NCBI GenBank assembly: GCA_943788985.1
Contig: CALSSJ010000017.1
Coordinates: 64,001-128,000 of the forward strand
Source: an uncultured Lentisphaerales bacterium
GTDB taxonomy: Bacteria; Verrucomicrobiota; Lentisphaeria; JABSQK01; UBA12247
Reading direction: 5' to 3'
DNA length: 64,000 nucleotides
A model generated the notes under the pieces. The model searched no databases. It was not told where the DNA came from and saw only the letters and a list, made by a program, of their open reading frames with translations. Shown in pieces: positions 41,460-51,777 of this stretch. Positions within the stretch are counted from its first letter, which is position 1. Every line of letters starts with the position of its first letter. The position numbers were made by a program, and so were the translations under genes.

Positions 41460-44087
41460 CTACTGCTGCAGCTTTAGGGCAACGTTCAGCAATTCCTCGA
41501 GATCAGCGTTCAGGTTAACCTGAACGTTGTAGGTCTGCCCGTTGGGGTTGCTGCTTTCCCGGCCAAAAAGCTTCACGTGCATCGGCGCGGAGGCACCGGG
41601 CTCGTTGACCTCCAGACGAAAAAAGTCATAGGTGAAATCGCGCAGCGCTTTCTCGGCGTTGACCAGCTGTGAGTACTGTTTGGACCCCGGCGCCATCCCG
41701 GCCGTCAGCAACTCGTCCTTCTGCATGCGTAAGTGGCCCTGCTGGCCAGGAATAGAGTAGAGGAAGCCACGGCCAACTTTGACGCGCCCTTCTTCGTACC
41801 CCATGGGAACCCGGCCATAGATACGGCCCGCACCAGTGGCGTTGTAGTCGGGTAGCAGGGCGGCCAGTTTGTCCAGATCAAGATGCTCGGCACGCACGTC
41901 CGTGGTCAGCGCAATCTCGCCATCCAGAGGCAGTCGAACAGCTGCGGCCAGCAGATCTCCATCGCACCAGCCGAGCTCTACCTTCTCGATAAACAGGCTG
42001 TCCTTGGACTCCAACTGCCAGTCCACCCAACCCGGCCCCGCCGACACTGTGCCCAGACTCGCGGTGGAAAATGTGAACGTCTGCCCCGGGTGAGTTCGCA
42101 AGGCTGCGAAGTCTGCAACTTGGACCAAGCCTGAGAATCCATCAATTGTGAGTTCATCATCCGCCCTAGTGATCGACAGCCCTTCGCAAGCAAGCCCGCC
42201 AGCAATCGTCCCCTCTGTGAGCGATAGGTGAGCGCTGAGTCTTCCATTCGTGACAGCGAGCCCTTTGACAAATTTTCCCACGAGACTCACTGGAATATGT
42301 GGCAACTGCAGCGACGCGGTATCCCCTGTCCTGGATGCGGTGCCTTCCAGTGCCACCGTTTCTCCCGCACAATCAAGCTTCCCTAGGATGTTGAATCCTT
42401 CGGTGGACGGCTCGGCGGTCAGGGTCAGGTCCCCAGAACTGGAGTACGCGTGAATTCCCGCCACGGCAAGTTCCACGGGGGCAATCAGGGAGTATGTCTC
42501 GTCTGCCCCAAACCGGATTGGTAATAACGCTGAGATGGAACGTGCAGTGTTATCCCCAAACTTCGCAGCACCGGTCGTCACCCTAAGTTGCACGTCTGCC
42601 TGTGTTCCTCGACCAGAGATTGTTGCAGCAATCTCTAGGTCTTCGATCTCTCCGGCATCGCATGCCAGTTTCCCTTCTTGTCCAATGACCGAGAGTTCCA
42701 AGGATGACGGCGGCCCGGCAGTGGACTCGTTCCACTGAGCCGAGCCGCTGACGCCAACTTGTCCCAGAGAAACGACATAGTCATCACAAGCGACTTCCAA
42801 ATCACGCAGGGTCAAGCTCTCCGACACGAACAGCGGGCCATCCCAGCGAACGCTGGCGTGCGTCTCCAGAAGACCGGAAAGAGCAACGCCTTGCCGCACA
42901 AGCGCGATCTCTGATCCGGAAATTGCGAACTCCGCACATTGGTCGCTGAGCGATGCCTCGACACTTGCCACGACCATGCCGCTGCCGTGCTCGGCTAGGT
43001 CCAGTATCGCAGTTGCGGAGACCGCATCCTGGCCCGCGCATACGACATTTTGGAGCAGTACATCCGGACGAATCTGGAGCTGATCGATTGCGACATCACC
43101 GCTGTCGAGGTCATAACTGAACAGGCTCCTAGTTGGGCGTATCTCCAGACCAACGGCCTCGATCACGCCCTGATCCAACTCGACCTGCACCGTGCGATTT
43201 GCGAAGTTTGCAACAACATCCACGCCAACGGCGCGCACGCCATCAGACTGTAATTGGGCGATGTGCAACTGGCCGTGCCCTGAGAGCGCTCGGTCATACT
43301 TGAGGACAACTTCGCGCAGACCAACCGAGCCAGCCATGTCCTGGTAGCGGCCGCGAACCACGCCGGGATCGACGAAAATTTCCGCAGCTTCAAGCTGCCA
43401 TTCTTTCATTGTGCATTCGCCGGCCGCGCTGAGACTTCCGATGAGCTCGCAGCCATCTGGAAGTAACTCGCTCAGTTGACGAAGATTCAGATAATCGAGA
43501 GACAGAGTTGCGGCCCCGTTGCCGGCTACGTCCACAGCTAGGGTGACGTTGGCCGCCGCGATGGAATCGGCATGCATTCGAATCGTACCGCCCAGCTGCG
43601 GTTGTGTTGTCAGACGAGCATCCACTACGACTTCGCCGAAATCCACGATCGAAATGCGCCCATCGGCGACGCTAATATTCCACGGAAGCTGCGTCAGGTC
43701 CAGGCCCTGTTCTCCCGCAGACTCTTGCGCCTCTGAAGAGCCAACCAGACGTAGGCTCCCGTCCTCGATGGCAAGCACAGCCATGGGTGCGAAAAACTCC
43801 ACGCTGGTGACCTTGCGGGCAATGGGATCGAAACGGACCCGCACATCGCGGGCCGTTATGCCTTGGACACGGACATCACGTAGGTGCAGTTCCTGCAGCC
43901 CAATTCCGACCACGATGCACGAAGCACCGGGCAGCAGTCTCGCGCCCGCGCGATCGACTGCGAACTGCGCAATTGGCCGGCGCAGCAGCGCGACAAGCAC
44001 GGCAACTGTCAGGGCCACGGCGTAAAGCCGCGCCCATTTTCGAGGCGCTTTCACGCTGTCCAGTTGCCGCCTGTCGCGCATCGACAC
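41460..44087 (-). CDS. YdbH (AsmA-like) intermembrane lipid transport protein
   Basis: N-terminal TM helix; long beta-rich body; C-terminal GRIYGRVP, GFL, ALRDFTY and VNLN. Confidence 0.78.
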   Translation of the reverse strand: MSMRDRRQLDSVKAPRKWARLYAVALTVAVLVALLRRPIAQFAVDRAGARLLPGASCIVVGIGLQELHLRDVRVQGITARDVRVRFDPIARKVTSVEFFAPMAVLAIEDGSLRLVGSSEAQESAGEQGLDLTQLPWNISVADGRISIVDFGEVVVDARLTTQPQLGGTIRMHADSIAAANVTLAVDVAGNGAATLSLDYLNLRQLSELLPDGCELIGSLSAAGECTMKEWQLEAAEIFVDPGVVRGRYQDMAGSVGLREVVLKYDRALSGHGQLHIAQLQSDGVRAVGVDVVANFANRTVQVELDQGVIEAVGLEIRPTRSLFSYDLDSGDVAIDQLQIRPDVLLQNVVCAGQDAVSATAILDLAEHGSGMVVASVEASLSDQCAEFAISGSEIALVRQGVALSGLLETHASVRWDGPLFVSESLTLRDLEVACDDYVVSLGQVGVSGSAQWNESTAGPPSSLELSVIGQEGKLACDAGEIEDLEIAATISGRGTQADVQLRVTTGAAKFGDNTARSISALLPIRFGADETYSLIAPVELAVAGIHAYSSSGDLTLTAEPSTEGFNILGKLDCAGETVALEGTASRTGDTASLQLPHIPVSLVGKFVKGLAVTNGRLSAHLSLTEGTIAGGLACEGLSITRADDELTIDGFSGLVQVADFAALRTHPGQTFTFSTASLGTVSAGPGWVDWQLESKDSLFIEKVELGWCDGDLLAAAVRLPLDGEIALTTDVRAEHLDLDKLAALLPDYNATGAGRIYGRVPMGYEEGRVKVGRGFLYSIPGQQGHLRMQKDELLTAGMAPGSKQYSQLVNAEKALRDFTYDFFRLEVNEPGASAPMHVKLFGRESSNPNGQTYNVQVNLNADLEELLNVALKLQQ

Positions 44088-45233
44088 CTATTGCGGCTCG
44101 GAGAAAATCCCCGTTACACGCTTTAGAAAGGCGCGCAGCTTGGGATGAACGCCGTCGTCCAGACTCTTGGCAAATTCCTGGAGTTTCTCTCGCTGATGTG
44201 AGCGCAGGTTTCGCGGAATCTCCACCGCAATCCGCACGTGCTGGTCGCCCCGGCCACGACCCTGCAGAGAAGGAATTCCCTTGCCCCGCATGCGCATGAC
44301 GATGCCGTTCTGCGTGCCTGGGGGAATCTTGAGATTTGCCATTCCTGAGATGGTGGGCACTTCGATCGTGCCGCCCAGCGCTGCGGTCGGAAAGTCAATC
44401 GGCATGTCGACGATGATATCGTTGTCTTCGCGTTGGAAAACGTCATGCTCTTTGATGTGCAGAACAACAAACAGGTTACCGTTCGGGCCACCACGGGCTC
44501 CGGCATCTCCTTCGCCAGCCACACGCAAGCGCGAGCCGGTATCGACACCCGCGGGGATGCGAATCTGGATCTTCTTAGCCTTGTTCACAGTCCCGTCGCC
44601 CTGACAGCTGCCGCACGGGTGATCGACCGTCTCGCCGGTCCCATTACAGCGTCCGCAGGGCTGGCGCACGCTGAAGAAGCCCTGAGCCATGGTCACTTGG
44701 CCAGCACCGCCGCATTGCGCACAGCGTGTGCGGCTGGCGCCAGCGCCGAGTCCACTGCCCTTGCACGTGTCGCAGCAGGCCCCCTTGCTGACCTCGATCT
44801 GCTTTTCGCAGCCGAATACCGCTTCTTCAAAAGTGATCTGCATATCATAGCGGAGATCGGCGCCTTGCTGCGCACCACCGCGCCGTCGACGGCCGCCACC
44901 GCCACCGCCGCCACCACCAAAGAACTCTTCAAAAATACTCCCAGCACCGCCAAAGGCTTGGCTGAAGATATCAAACGGGTCCACTCCGGGCCCGCCGCCG
45001 GAACCTTGCCGCGTAAAGGCGTCATGGCCGACCTGGTCATACATCTGGCGCTTTTCTGCGTCACTCAGAACTTCATAGGCCTGAGAGATTTCTTTGAACT
45101 TTGTTTCTGCCTCTGGATTGTCCGGATTGGTGTCCGGGTGATACTTCATCGCCAGCTTACGATAGGCTTTCTTCAGATCGCCTTCAGCGACGCCGCGTTC
45201 AACGCCCAATGCTTGATAGTAGTCTTTGGACAT
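44088..45233 (-). CDS. dnaJ: Chaperone DnaJ
   Basis: J domain with HPD, G/F region, four CxxCxGxG motifs. Confidence 0.97.
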   Translation of the reverse strand: MSKDYYQALGVERGVAEGDLKKAYRKLAMKYHPDTNPDNPEAETKFKEISQAYEVLSDAEKRQMYDQVGHDAFTRQGSGGGPGVDPFDIFSQAFGGAGSIFEEFFGGGGGGGGGRRRRGGAQQGADLRYDMQITFEEAVFGCEKQIEVSKGACCDTCKGSGLGAGASRTRCAQCGGAGQVTMAQGFFSVRQPCGRCNGTGETVDHPCGSCQGDGTVNKAKKIQIRIPAGVDTGSRLRVAGEGDAGARGGPNGNLFVVLHIKEHDVFQREDNDIIVDMPIDFPTAALGGTIEVPTISGMANLKIPPGTQNGIVMRMRGKGIPSLQGRGRGDQHVRIAVEIPRNLRSHQREKLQEFAKSLDDGVHPKLRAFLKRVTGIFSEPQ

Positions 45234-45236
45234 GAT

Positions 45237-45830
45237 CTACTTTTCGTCCTGATCAGCCGCGGTGCCACTGCTTACGACCACGCAAGCCGGGCGAATCAAG
45301 CGGTCTTTCAGCTGATAGCCGCGCTTGATCACCCGCAGAATGGTCCCTTCGTCGGTATCTTCGCAGTTCTCCGTCTGGAGCGCTTCGTGAATCGAAGGGT
45401 CAAATGTCTCGCCCTCTGGTTCCAGAGTGTCGATCCCCATCCGCTCGAAGGCACGATCGAACTCGTTGTGGATCATCCGCATGCCAGCCTTGAGCGCGCT
45501 GATGTCATCGGAGGTTTCGACGGCCATCATTGCGAGCTGAAAATTATCCATCACGGTCGCAAACTCCAAGACCGTCTGGATCTGTGAATTCGCGCGCGCC
45601 TCGGTCAGGTCGCGCTGCGTCCGCTTACGGAAATTATCAAACTCAGCGCGGGCGCGAAGTAGTCGATCCTTGACCGCCTGAACATCTTCCTCATCGGGCG
45701 CGGAAGGCGCTTCCTGCTCTTTCTCCGCGTCGTTATCAGGCTCAGTTTCCTGCGACGGGTCGCTCTCCTCAGAACTAGCTTCTACCGGAGGAATCGCTTC
45801 CTCCTCGGGTACTTCTGTATTTTCGTCCAT
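45237..45830 (-). CDS. grpE: Nucleotide exchange factor GrpE
   Basis: AEFDNFRKR, FDPSIHEA and GYQLKDRLIRPA. Confidence 0.96.
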   Translation of the reverse strand: MDENTEVPEEEAIPPVEASSEESDPSQETEPDNDAEKEQEAPSAPDEEDVQAVKDRLLRARAEFDNFRKRTQRDLTEARANSQIQTVLEFATVMDNFQLAMMAVETSDDISALKAGMRMIHNEFDRAFERMGIDTLEPEGETFDPSIHEALQTENCEDTDEGTILRVIKRGYQLKDRLIRPACVVVSSGTAADQDEK

Positions 45831-46001
45831 GATTTCGCTCCAAATTGGGATCAAGTTGAGCCGGGAAAGATAGTCGCCCGACACAGGGAATCAATAACAC
45901 CTGCCAGGACCCGAGCTTCAAAAAAGCGCGAGGTCAGAGCTGGCGTATTGAACGTTGCCGAACATCTTGCCCTAACTAGGGATCAGCATAAGGAGTACAC
46001 T

Positions 46002-46316
46002 ATGGCGGAAAAGACGAAAGCGAAGAAATCTGGTGGCGGCGTATTTCCCTTCTTTATCGGCACGATTTTCGGCGGGCTGATTGGCCTGGGACTGGGCTGG
46101 GTGGCCTGGTCACAGTCAAGCCTGCTTGGGGGCGACGTAGAAGCGTTTCGAAAGAGTTTCATGGAAAAGTATGTGACCAACGCCACGGATACGGCAAAAC
46201 GCGAAACTGCGGAATGGGCGGAAAGTCTGGCCTCCAAACTGCGAAATGATCTTGCCAGTGGACCGGCCGGAGACGTTCCGATGCCGAAGGAGCAACCGCT
46301 TCCGCGCGGCAACTGA
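46002..46316 (+). CDS. Small hypothetical membrane protein
   Basis: TAAGGAG RBS; Gly-rich TM helix followed by an amphipathic helix. Confidence 0.7.
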   Translation: MAEKTKAKKSGGGVFPFFIGTIFGGLIGLGLGWVAWSQSSLLGGDVEAFRKSFMEKYVTNATDTAKRETAEWAESLASKLRNDLASGPAGDVPMPKEQPLPRGN

Positions 46317-46977
46317 GGGTTTGCGACCGTCTTCTCTCCCCCAAATGAGAAATAACCCTCCGGTGACCGGCGAAGTCCGGTCCACTGGATTGTTATGAAT
46401 CAACCGCAGACAAGGAGAATTTGCCGTGATTAGGGCAGGGGACCGCGTGCCAACCAACGGAAATTGGACCGTTGCGCTGGATGAGGGAGAGGGCCGTGTG
46501 TTCTGGTGCGGGTATCCGTTTGGCGGATGCAGGCGCGCTGTGAGGGTTGCACGGTGGCAAAGGCTGCGAGTGACAGCGAACTGATAGGCATGCTGCAGGA
46601 GGTTTCCAAATCGCAGAACCCGCCAATGGCTGCTGCTGCTCGAAGGCTGCTTGTCAACGACGGATGAATTCCTTATTTCTCATTCGCCATGGCCGAAATT
46701 AGATCCGTGCTGCGGTCAGGCCGCCCAGGGTGCAAAACCGTAGTTCGAACTTCATCTGGCGTGCGTGGTCGTGGCGACCAAAGATGCAGCACACAGGAAA
46801 CTGAGGTGGCCATGAATTACCGCCCCTCGGGTAGCTCGTTATCAATGTCCATCAGTGGTTCTGATTCTTCTCCGTTTTAGCCAATGATCCGACCACAAGT
46901 TACGAGCCGTTTCGTGGGCGGGTTGTTGGCTTCGTCGGATGGTTTGACCACTGATCGACATTGCTGGACACTGATTT

Positions 46978-47310
46978 CTAACCTTCAATGCCGTCCTTTT
47001 CGCCCCCCCTGCACGCCTGGCCTGCGGGCCGTAACCGTCCGTGCAGCCAGATGATCGGCTCAAGCGTGTGATTATTGATGCAGCGGATCGTCCCAGCGGG
47101 GATTAATAATTCCTCACCAATAGCTGGCTTGAAGGTCTCTCCTGCAATCTCGACCGTCACTTCCCCACTGAGCAGCACGATCAGTTGGTCGAAGGTGTGT
47201 ATCCTCCGGTCCGTCACCTCGCCAGGCGCTAGGGATTCACGATCGCAACTAAAACCGCGCTCCTGCCAATTTCCTACGATATCTTCGGGAATGTCGATTG
47301 GGGCCGTCAT
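46978..47310 (-). CDS. Cupin domain protein
   Basis: WQERGFSC, HTFD, GEELLIPAG; overlaps the upstream stop. Confidence 0.75.
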   Translation of the reverse strand: MTAPIDIPEDIVGNWQERGFSCDRESLAPGEVTDRRIHTFDQLIVLLSGEVTVEIAGETFKPAIGEELLIPAGTIRCINNHTLEPIIWLHGRLRPAGQACRGGEKDGIEG

Positions 47311-48950
47311 TTCAGGAGTTCTCCTTTCAACTCATCGGAAAGATCAGATTCGAGCAGCCAGGCCTCTGCTGCATCGGGATTCGTGCGCCGCCAATAACGA
47401 ACCGCCGATGTTACTCCTTGCACGCGCAAGCGGTCCGTTTCAAGTCCAGATGCCCAGTTTACGGCAGCTTCTGGGGATCGGCGTGCCCAGACACCGGCCA
47501 CTTGCGAATACGCTGAGGCGTCCGTAGAATTCTCTTCGAGCCAGGCAGCGGCCTGTGCCGCGTCGTTCGCTCCTCTGGCTGCCCACCTGGATGTGGTGCG
47601 CAAAACTGCGGAGCGGCGCATGGTCTCGTCAGGAAAGGAGGACGCCCAATCTACAGCCTCGCGGGGTGCCTTTGAAGCCCAGTTCTCAGCAACGTCGACA
47701 TAGAGTCGATTCTGAATCTTGCTGTCTTCCAAGGTCCCGATCCACTCCACGGCTGCCGCCGGGTCCTTCGCCCCCCAGGATCTGGCGATATTCATCACCA
47801 CCGAACTGTGAGCACTGCCAAGGTCCATATCCGCCACCCAACTCGCGGCGCTCTCCGGATCCCGGGAAGACCAAGTCCGCAGCACGGTGCTGAGCGCAGA
47901 GTTCTTCGCATTTCCGTCCCCGAGTTCTGCCAGCCATGTCGCGGCGCCTTCGGGATCCTGCTGTGCCCAGCGGCTAGAGGCCGTCATCAGGCCCTGTTGA
48001 CGGGTGCTGGCATCCGGCAATGAAGCCGCCCATTCAGTAGCCGCAGCCGGATCGGTGCGGCTAATAGCCTGGACGATCGCGACGTACGCCTTGTTGCGCG
48101 TCCCCTCATTTTCGAGGTTACGCGCAAATTCATAGGCAGCACTAGGATCGGCAGCTGCCATCACACTCACCAGCGTGCTGCCCAGCTCCTGATGCAACGC
48201 GTGTTCTGACAACTCCTGCGCCCAAGCAAAGGCTGCATCCTTGTCCAGCTGGCGCAATGTCCGGATCACCCCCTGGGCCGCAGCAACAAATGCGGTCTCG
48301 TCTTCCTGAGCGGTCACCCATTCAATTGCTTCTTCGCGGTTGGCCGTCACCCACTTGGAGGCGATAACATTCACCACCAGGCTGCGGTATGCGCTTGGCA
48401 AGCCGACACCCCACTCCATCCCACCTTCCATATCATGCTGCATCATCTGCGTCGCGATTGCATGCGCCAAAACGTTCTGGTCTGAGCGATCCGTCACCAT
48501 CTCCACAAATTCGTACGCGGCATCCGGGTCATAGGCCAGTTGCACTGCCAGCATCCGCAGCCGATCTTGCCGCGCGGCTCGGTTCGAAATCTCTAGCGCA
48601 GCCAAAAACTCCGGCTCAAACTTTTCAAGATTCAGGCGCTGAATCACGCGCACTTTCCCCGCGGGTTCATCCGGGTCGGCGCTCGAGGAACGCCTAAACG
48701 CGTGCTTTCCTGTCGCCGTAGGATCCCCAAAACTCGGCAAAGAAGTCGCCGTACCCGCCTTCTTCGCAGCCTTCAATACCACCTCGGAACTCGCGCCAGC
48801 GCGAGAATTTTCGGTCGCCACCGGCTGCCCCCCACCTTGCTCGTTTTTGGTGCCTATAGTGGTGTCCCCCGGCCCGAAGCTGAAGACGACAATCAGCCCC
48901 GCCACGAGGAGTGGAAGAATGATTGCAAGGGGGATGCGGAGTGAGTCCAT
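47307..48950 (-). CDS. Membrane-anchored alpha-helical repeat protein (DPxAAxxW repeats)
   Basis: N-terminal TM helix; about 13 repeats of ~32 aa. Confidence 0.8.
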   Translation of the reverse strand: MDSLRIPLAIILPLLVAGLIVVFSFGPGDTTIGTKNEQGGGQPVATENSRAGASSEVVLKAAKKAGTATSLPSFGDPTATGKHAFRRSSSADPDEPAGKVRVIQRLNLEKFEPEFLAALEISNRAARQDRLRMLAVQLAYDPDAAYEFVEMVTDRSDQNVLAHAIATQMMQHDMEGGMEWGVGLPSAYRSLVVNVIASKWVTANREEAIEWVTAQEDETAFVAAAQGVIRTLRQLDKDAAFAWAQELSEHALHQELGSTLVSVMAAADPSAAYEFARNLENEGTRNKAYVAIVQAISRTDPAAATEWAASLPDASTRQQGLMTASSRWAQQDPEGAATWLAELGDGNAKNSALSTVLRTWSSRDPESAASWVADMDLGSAHSSVVMNIARSWGAKDPAAAVEWIGTLEDSKIQNRLYVDVAENWASKAPREAVDWASSFPDETMRRSAVLRTTSRWAARGANDAAQAAAWLEENSTDASAYSQVAGVWARRSPEAAVNWASGLETDRLRVQGVTSAVRYWRRTNPDAAEAWLLESDLSDELKGELLK

Positions 48951-49049
48951 AAAGATTGTACTTTGTGTTTCGCGTTGAACGGCTTGCGTGTCGGCGGTAA
49001 AGTAACCGCTTTGCCCGATTCCTCCAAGCAACGGCTAGGTAAACTCATC

Positions 49050-50402
49050 ATGACAGAAGATCTTACACCTTTGTTGGATCAATTAAACGACTTTGATCCC
49101 GAGGTACGGGCCGAAGCGCTTGCAGAATTACAGAGTATGGACATTTCGCGCAAGTCGCTGAAACAGCCGCATGTAAACATGCACTGCCATACCTTTCATT
49201 CCTACAATGGATACGGCTCATCCCCTTCGCGTCTCGCTTGGGAAGCCTGGGCCAAGTCCTGGTACGGAATCGCCACCTGCGACTTTGATGTATTGGACTC
49301 GGTCCCAGAATTTCTCGAAGCCGCCGATAAAATTTCCATTCGCGCTGCTGCCCATATGGAAACTCGCGTGTTTTTCAAGGAATACGCAGATCAGGTCATC
49401 AACTCCCCCGGCGAACCCGGTATCTTCTACTTCATGGGGTCCGGCTTCACGGAGCTACCGGCTGAAGATAGTGAAGACGCCCAGAAGATTGCTGCGCTGA
49501 AGACCACCGCCCAAGCGCGGAATCAGACTGTAATCGGGCTTCTCAACGGCTTTCTAGGTGAAACAGTCATCGACTACGCGGAGCACATCCTGCCGATGAC
49601 CCCGACCGGTAACCCTACCGAGCGGCATATCGTACAGGCACTGGATGAGCAGATCGCTGCCACCAAGGGCTCCGGCGCCACAGCCTTCTGGGCCGATAAA
49701 CTCGGTTTGGACAGCAATGCAGTTGCCAGCGCCCAGACCGACACCAACGGATTCCGCGACCTGCTGCGCAGCAAGTTGATGAAATCCGGCGGTCCGGCCT
49801 ACATCCAGCCCGATCCAGCCAGCTTTCCCGCCTTGGAGGACATGATTAGTCTCTTCAAGAGCTGCGAGGCCATTCCCACAGCGGCTTGGCTTGATGGCAC
49901 TTCAGAAGGTGAATCAAACCCGACCGAGCAGCTTGAATGCCTCAAGGCCAAAGGCGTCGCAGCCGTGAACATCATTCCGGACCGCAATTGGAACATCGAC
50001 GATCCCGATGAGCGCAACCGTAAGATTGAAAACTTTCACGCCTACGTCCAAGCAGCGGACAAGCTGCATATGCCAATTAACGTCGGCACGGAGCTCAACA
50101 AACCCGGCCAGCGCTGGATGGATGAGTTCACCGCTGAGCCAATGGCCCGCGTGGCCCCAAGCCTGATTCGCGGTGCTGAGATCATGATTGGTCACACCCG
50201 CCTTTCTCGCTTTGCCGGTGTTACCTACTGCGGCGCCAAGGCTGAGGCTGAATTCGGCACAAACATCGATCTCAAGAACCGCGTATTTGCGGCGATCGGT
50301 GCCTTGCCACCATTCCAGCCCGCGGTTGTTGGTTACCTCAAGCGGATGGAGCCTGAGCACAACTACGCGTACATGCGCGAGTCCATTAAGGATCGCCTGT
50401 AG
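49050..50402 (+). CDS. PHP-domain metal-dependent phosphoesterase-like protein
   Basis: NMHCHTFHS, TCDFD, NSPGEPG and PTERH. Confidence 0.72.
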   Translation: MTEDLTPLLDQLNDFDPEVRAEALAELQSMDISRKSLKQPHVNMHCHTFHSYNGYGSSPSRLAWEAWAKSWYGIATCDFDVLDSVPEFLEAADKISIRAAAHMETRVFFKEYADQVINSPGEPGIFYFMGSGFTELPAEDSEDAQKIAALKTTAQARNQTVIGLLNGFLGETVIDYAEHILPMTPTGNPTERHIVQALDEQIAATKGSGATAFWADKLGLDSNAVASAQTDTNGFRDLLRSKLMKSGGPAYIQPDPASFPALEDMISLFKSCEAIPTAAWLDGTSEGESNPTEQLECLKAKGVAAVNIIPDRNWNIDDPDERNRKIENFHAYVQAADKLHMPINVGTELNKPGQRWMDEFTAEPMARVAPSLIRGAEIMIGHTRLSRFAGVTYCGAKAEAEFGTNIDLKNRVFAAIGALPPFQPAVVGYLKRMEPEHNYAYMRESIKDRL

Positions 50403-50550
50403 CAGGCGCCTCCTCCACCAATACGCCACGGATTAGCCAGGTATAAATATTCAAGCTAGGCATTGCGCCTCTCATGCGCTTGAGTATTGTACCCGGCTCG
50501 TGGCCCCAGTCACGAATTCTATTTGACCCAATTAACCGGAGGGCTTTGCC

Positions 50551-51060
50551 ATTCCACGCCTGGTTACGAAAGAAGATGCACACTCTGGCAAGAGTGTACG
50601 CCTAGTTTGTGAAGACGGAGAGCAGATAATCCTGGAAGTCCCTGAGGCGCTACGACGCGCAAAGGACGCCGGGCTCGACTTGGTCGTCGTCGCTGAAAAT
50701 GCAGACATACCAGTCTGCAAGCTGATGAACTTCGGCAAATTTCAGTACCAGCGTAAACGGCAGCTGCGAGATCAGAAGAAGAAGCAGCACGTCCACCGCA
50801 ACAAAGAGATCAAGTTTCACGCAAATATTGATCCACACGATTATGACTTCAAGGTAGGGCATATTCGTGCGTTCCTTGAGAAAGGTCACCGCGTCAAGGT
50901 CTCACTGTTCTTCAGAGGCCGCGAGATGGCGCGCCGTGATCGCGGGATGGAACTGATGCAAAATGTCGTCGATGATCTCAACACTTTAGCAACTGTAGAA
51001 AACGAGCCGCGCATGGTTGGCAAGAATGTCAGCATGCTGCTCGCACCCAATAAAACCTGA
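50551..51060 (+). CDS. infC: Translation initiation factor IF-3 (ATT start)
   Basis: GGAGG at 50538 then in-frame ATT at 50551; GLDLV, PVCKLMNFGKF, KEIKF and FRGRE. Confidence 0.93.
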   Translation: MPRLVTKEDAHSGKSVRLVCEDGEQIILEVPEALRRAKDAGLDLVVVAENADIPVCKLMNFGKFQYQRKRQLRDQKKKQHVHRNKEIKFHANIDPHDYDFKVGHIRAFLEKGHRVKVSLFFRGREMARRDRGMELMQNVVDDLNTLATVENEPRMVGKNVSMLLAPNKT

Positions 51061-51075
51061 TCCAGGAGACAATAA

Positions 51076-51279
51076 ATGCCCAAGCAAAAGACTCGGAAGT
51101 GCGCTGCAAAGCGGCTTAAGAAGACTGGCACCGGTAAGTACATGCACTACCGCGCAGGCAATCGCCACATTCTGACCAAGAAGAACCGCAAGCGTAAGCG
51201 TCGTCTCGGTAAGGATGCAGAAGTTAAGTCCACAGAGATGCGCCGAATTCGCGCCGCTCTTCCTTACGGATTGAAATAA
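51076..51279 (+). CDS. rpmI: 50S ribosomal protein L35
   Basis: MPKQKTRK...KRLKKTGTGK...HILTKK; expected synteny. Confidence 0.97.
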   Translation: MPKQKTRKCAAKRLKKTGTGKYMHYRAGNRHILTKKNRKRKRRLGKDAEVKSTEMRRIRAALPYGLK

Positions 51280-51305
51280 TACTGATCGCTCAGGAGATTT
51301 AAAAC

Positions 51306-51659
51306 ATGAGAGTCACCAACGCTCCCGCGTCAAGAAAGCGGCGTCGCACAATCTTGAAGAACGCACGCGGCTTTTCCGGAGGTCGCAGCAAGCAGATCCG
51401 TACAGCAATGGACGCTGTCGACAAGGCAAACAGCCACGCATATGTAGGCCGTAAGCTTAAGAAGCGTCAGTTTCGTCGCCTATGGACCGTGCGTATCAAC
51501 GCCGCCACCCGCAGCCATGGTATGACCTATAGCAAGTTTATCGACGGGCTCAACAAAGCTGGTGTCGAACTGAACCGCAAAGTTCTCGCCGATCTAGCAG
51601 TCCGCGAGCCGAACGCCTTCAAGGCCTTGGTGGATCAGGCGCAGGCCGCTCTGGCATAA
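51306..51659 (+). CDS. rplT: 50S ribosomal protein L20
   Basis: [16 protein letters not shown] and [10 protein letters not shown]. Confidence 0.98.
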   Translation: MRVTNAPASRKRRRTILKNARGFSGGRSKQIRTAMDAVDKANSHAYVGRKLKKRQFRRLWTVRINAATRSHGMTYSKFIDGLNKAGVELNRKVLADLAVREPNAFKALVDQAQAALA

Positions 51660-51688
51660 TTCGCCAGAGCTGTAACGCACGATCCTAG

Positions 51689-51725
51689 AAAGGAGCGATG
51701 GATCTAATCCGTCGCTCCTTTTTTT
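51689..51725 (+). terminator. Rho-independent terminator after rplT
   Basis: Stem GGAGCGATGGAT / ATCCGTCGCTCC followed by a T-tract. Confidence 0.88.
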
Positions 51726-51777
51726 GTTACGAACGCAGGGCCCAATCTGGGCGTCAATGATCTGGACGGGAGAGAAT

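Noticed and set aside
44893..44918. CCGCCA-type tandem repeat
   Set aside because: Encodes the Gly run of the DnaJ G/F region.
44433..45587. Long antisense ORFs (this one, also 2937-3776, 8673-9593 and 36679-37632)
   Set aside because: Shadow ORFs opposite well-supported genes, as expected in GC-rich DNA.
46320..46970. Intergenic region with small hairpins and ORF fragments
   Set aside because: No identifiable RNA family or supportable ORF.
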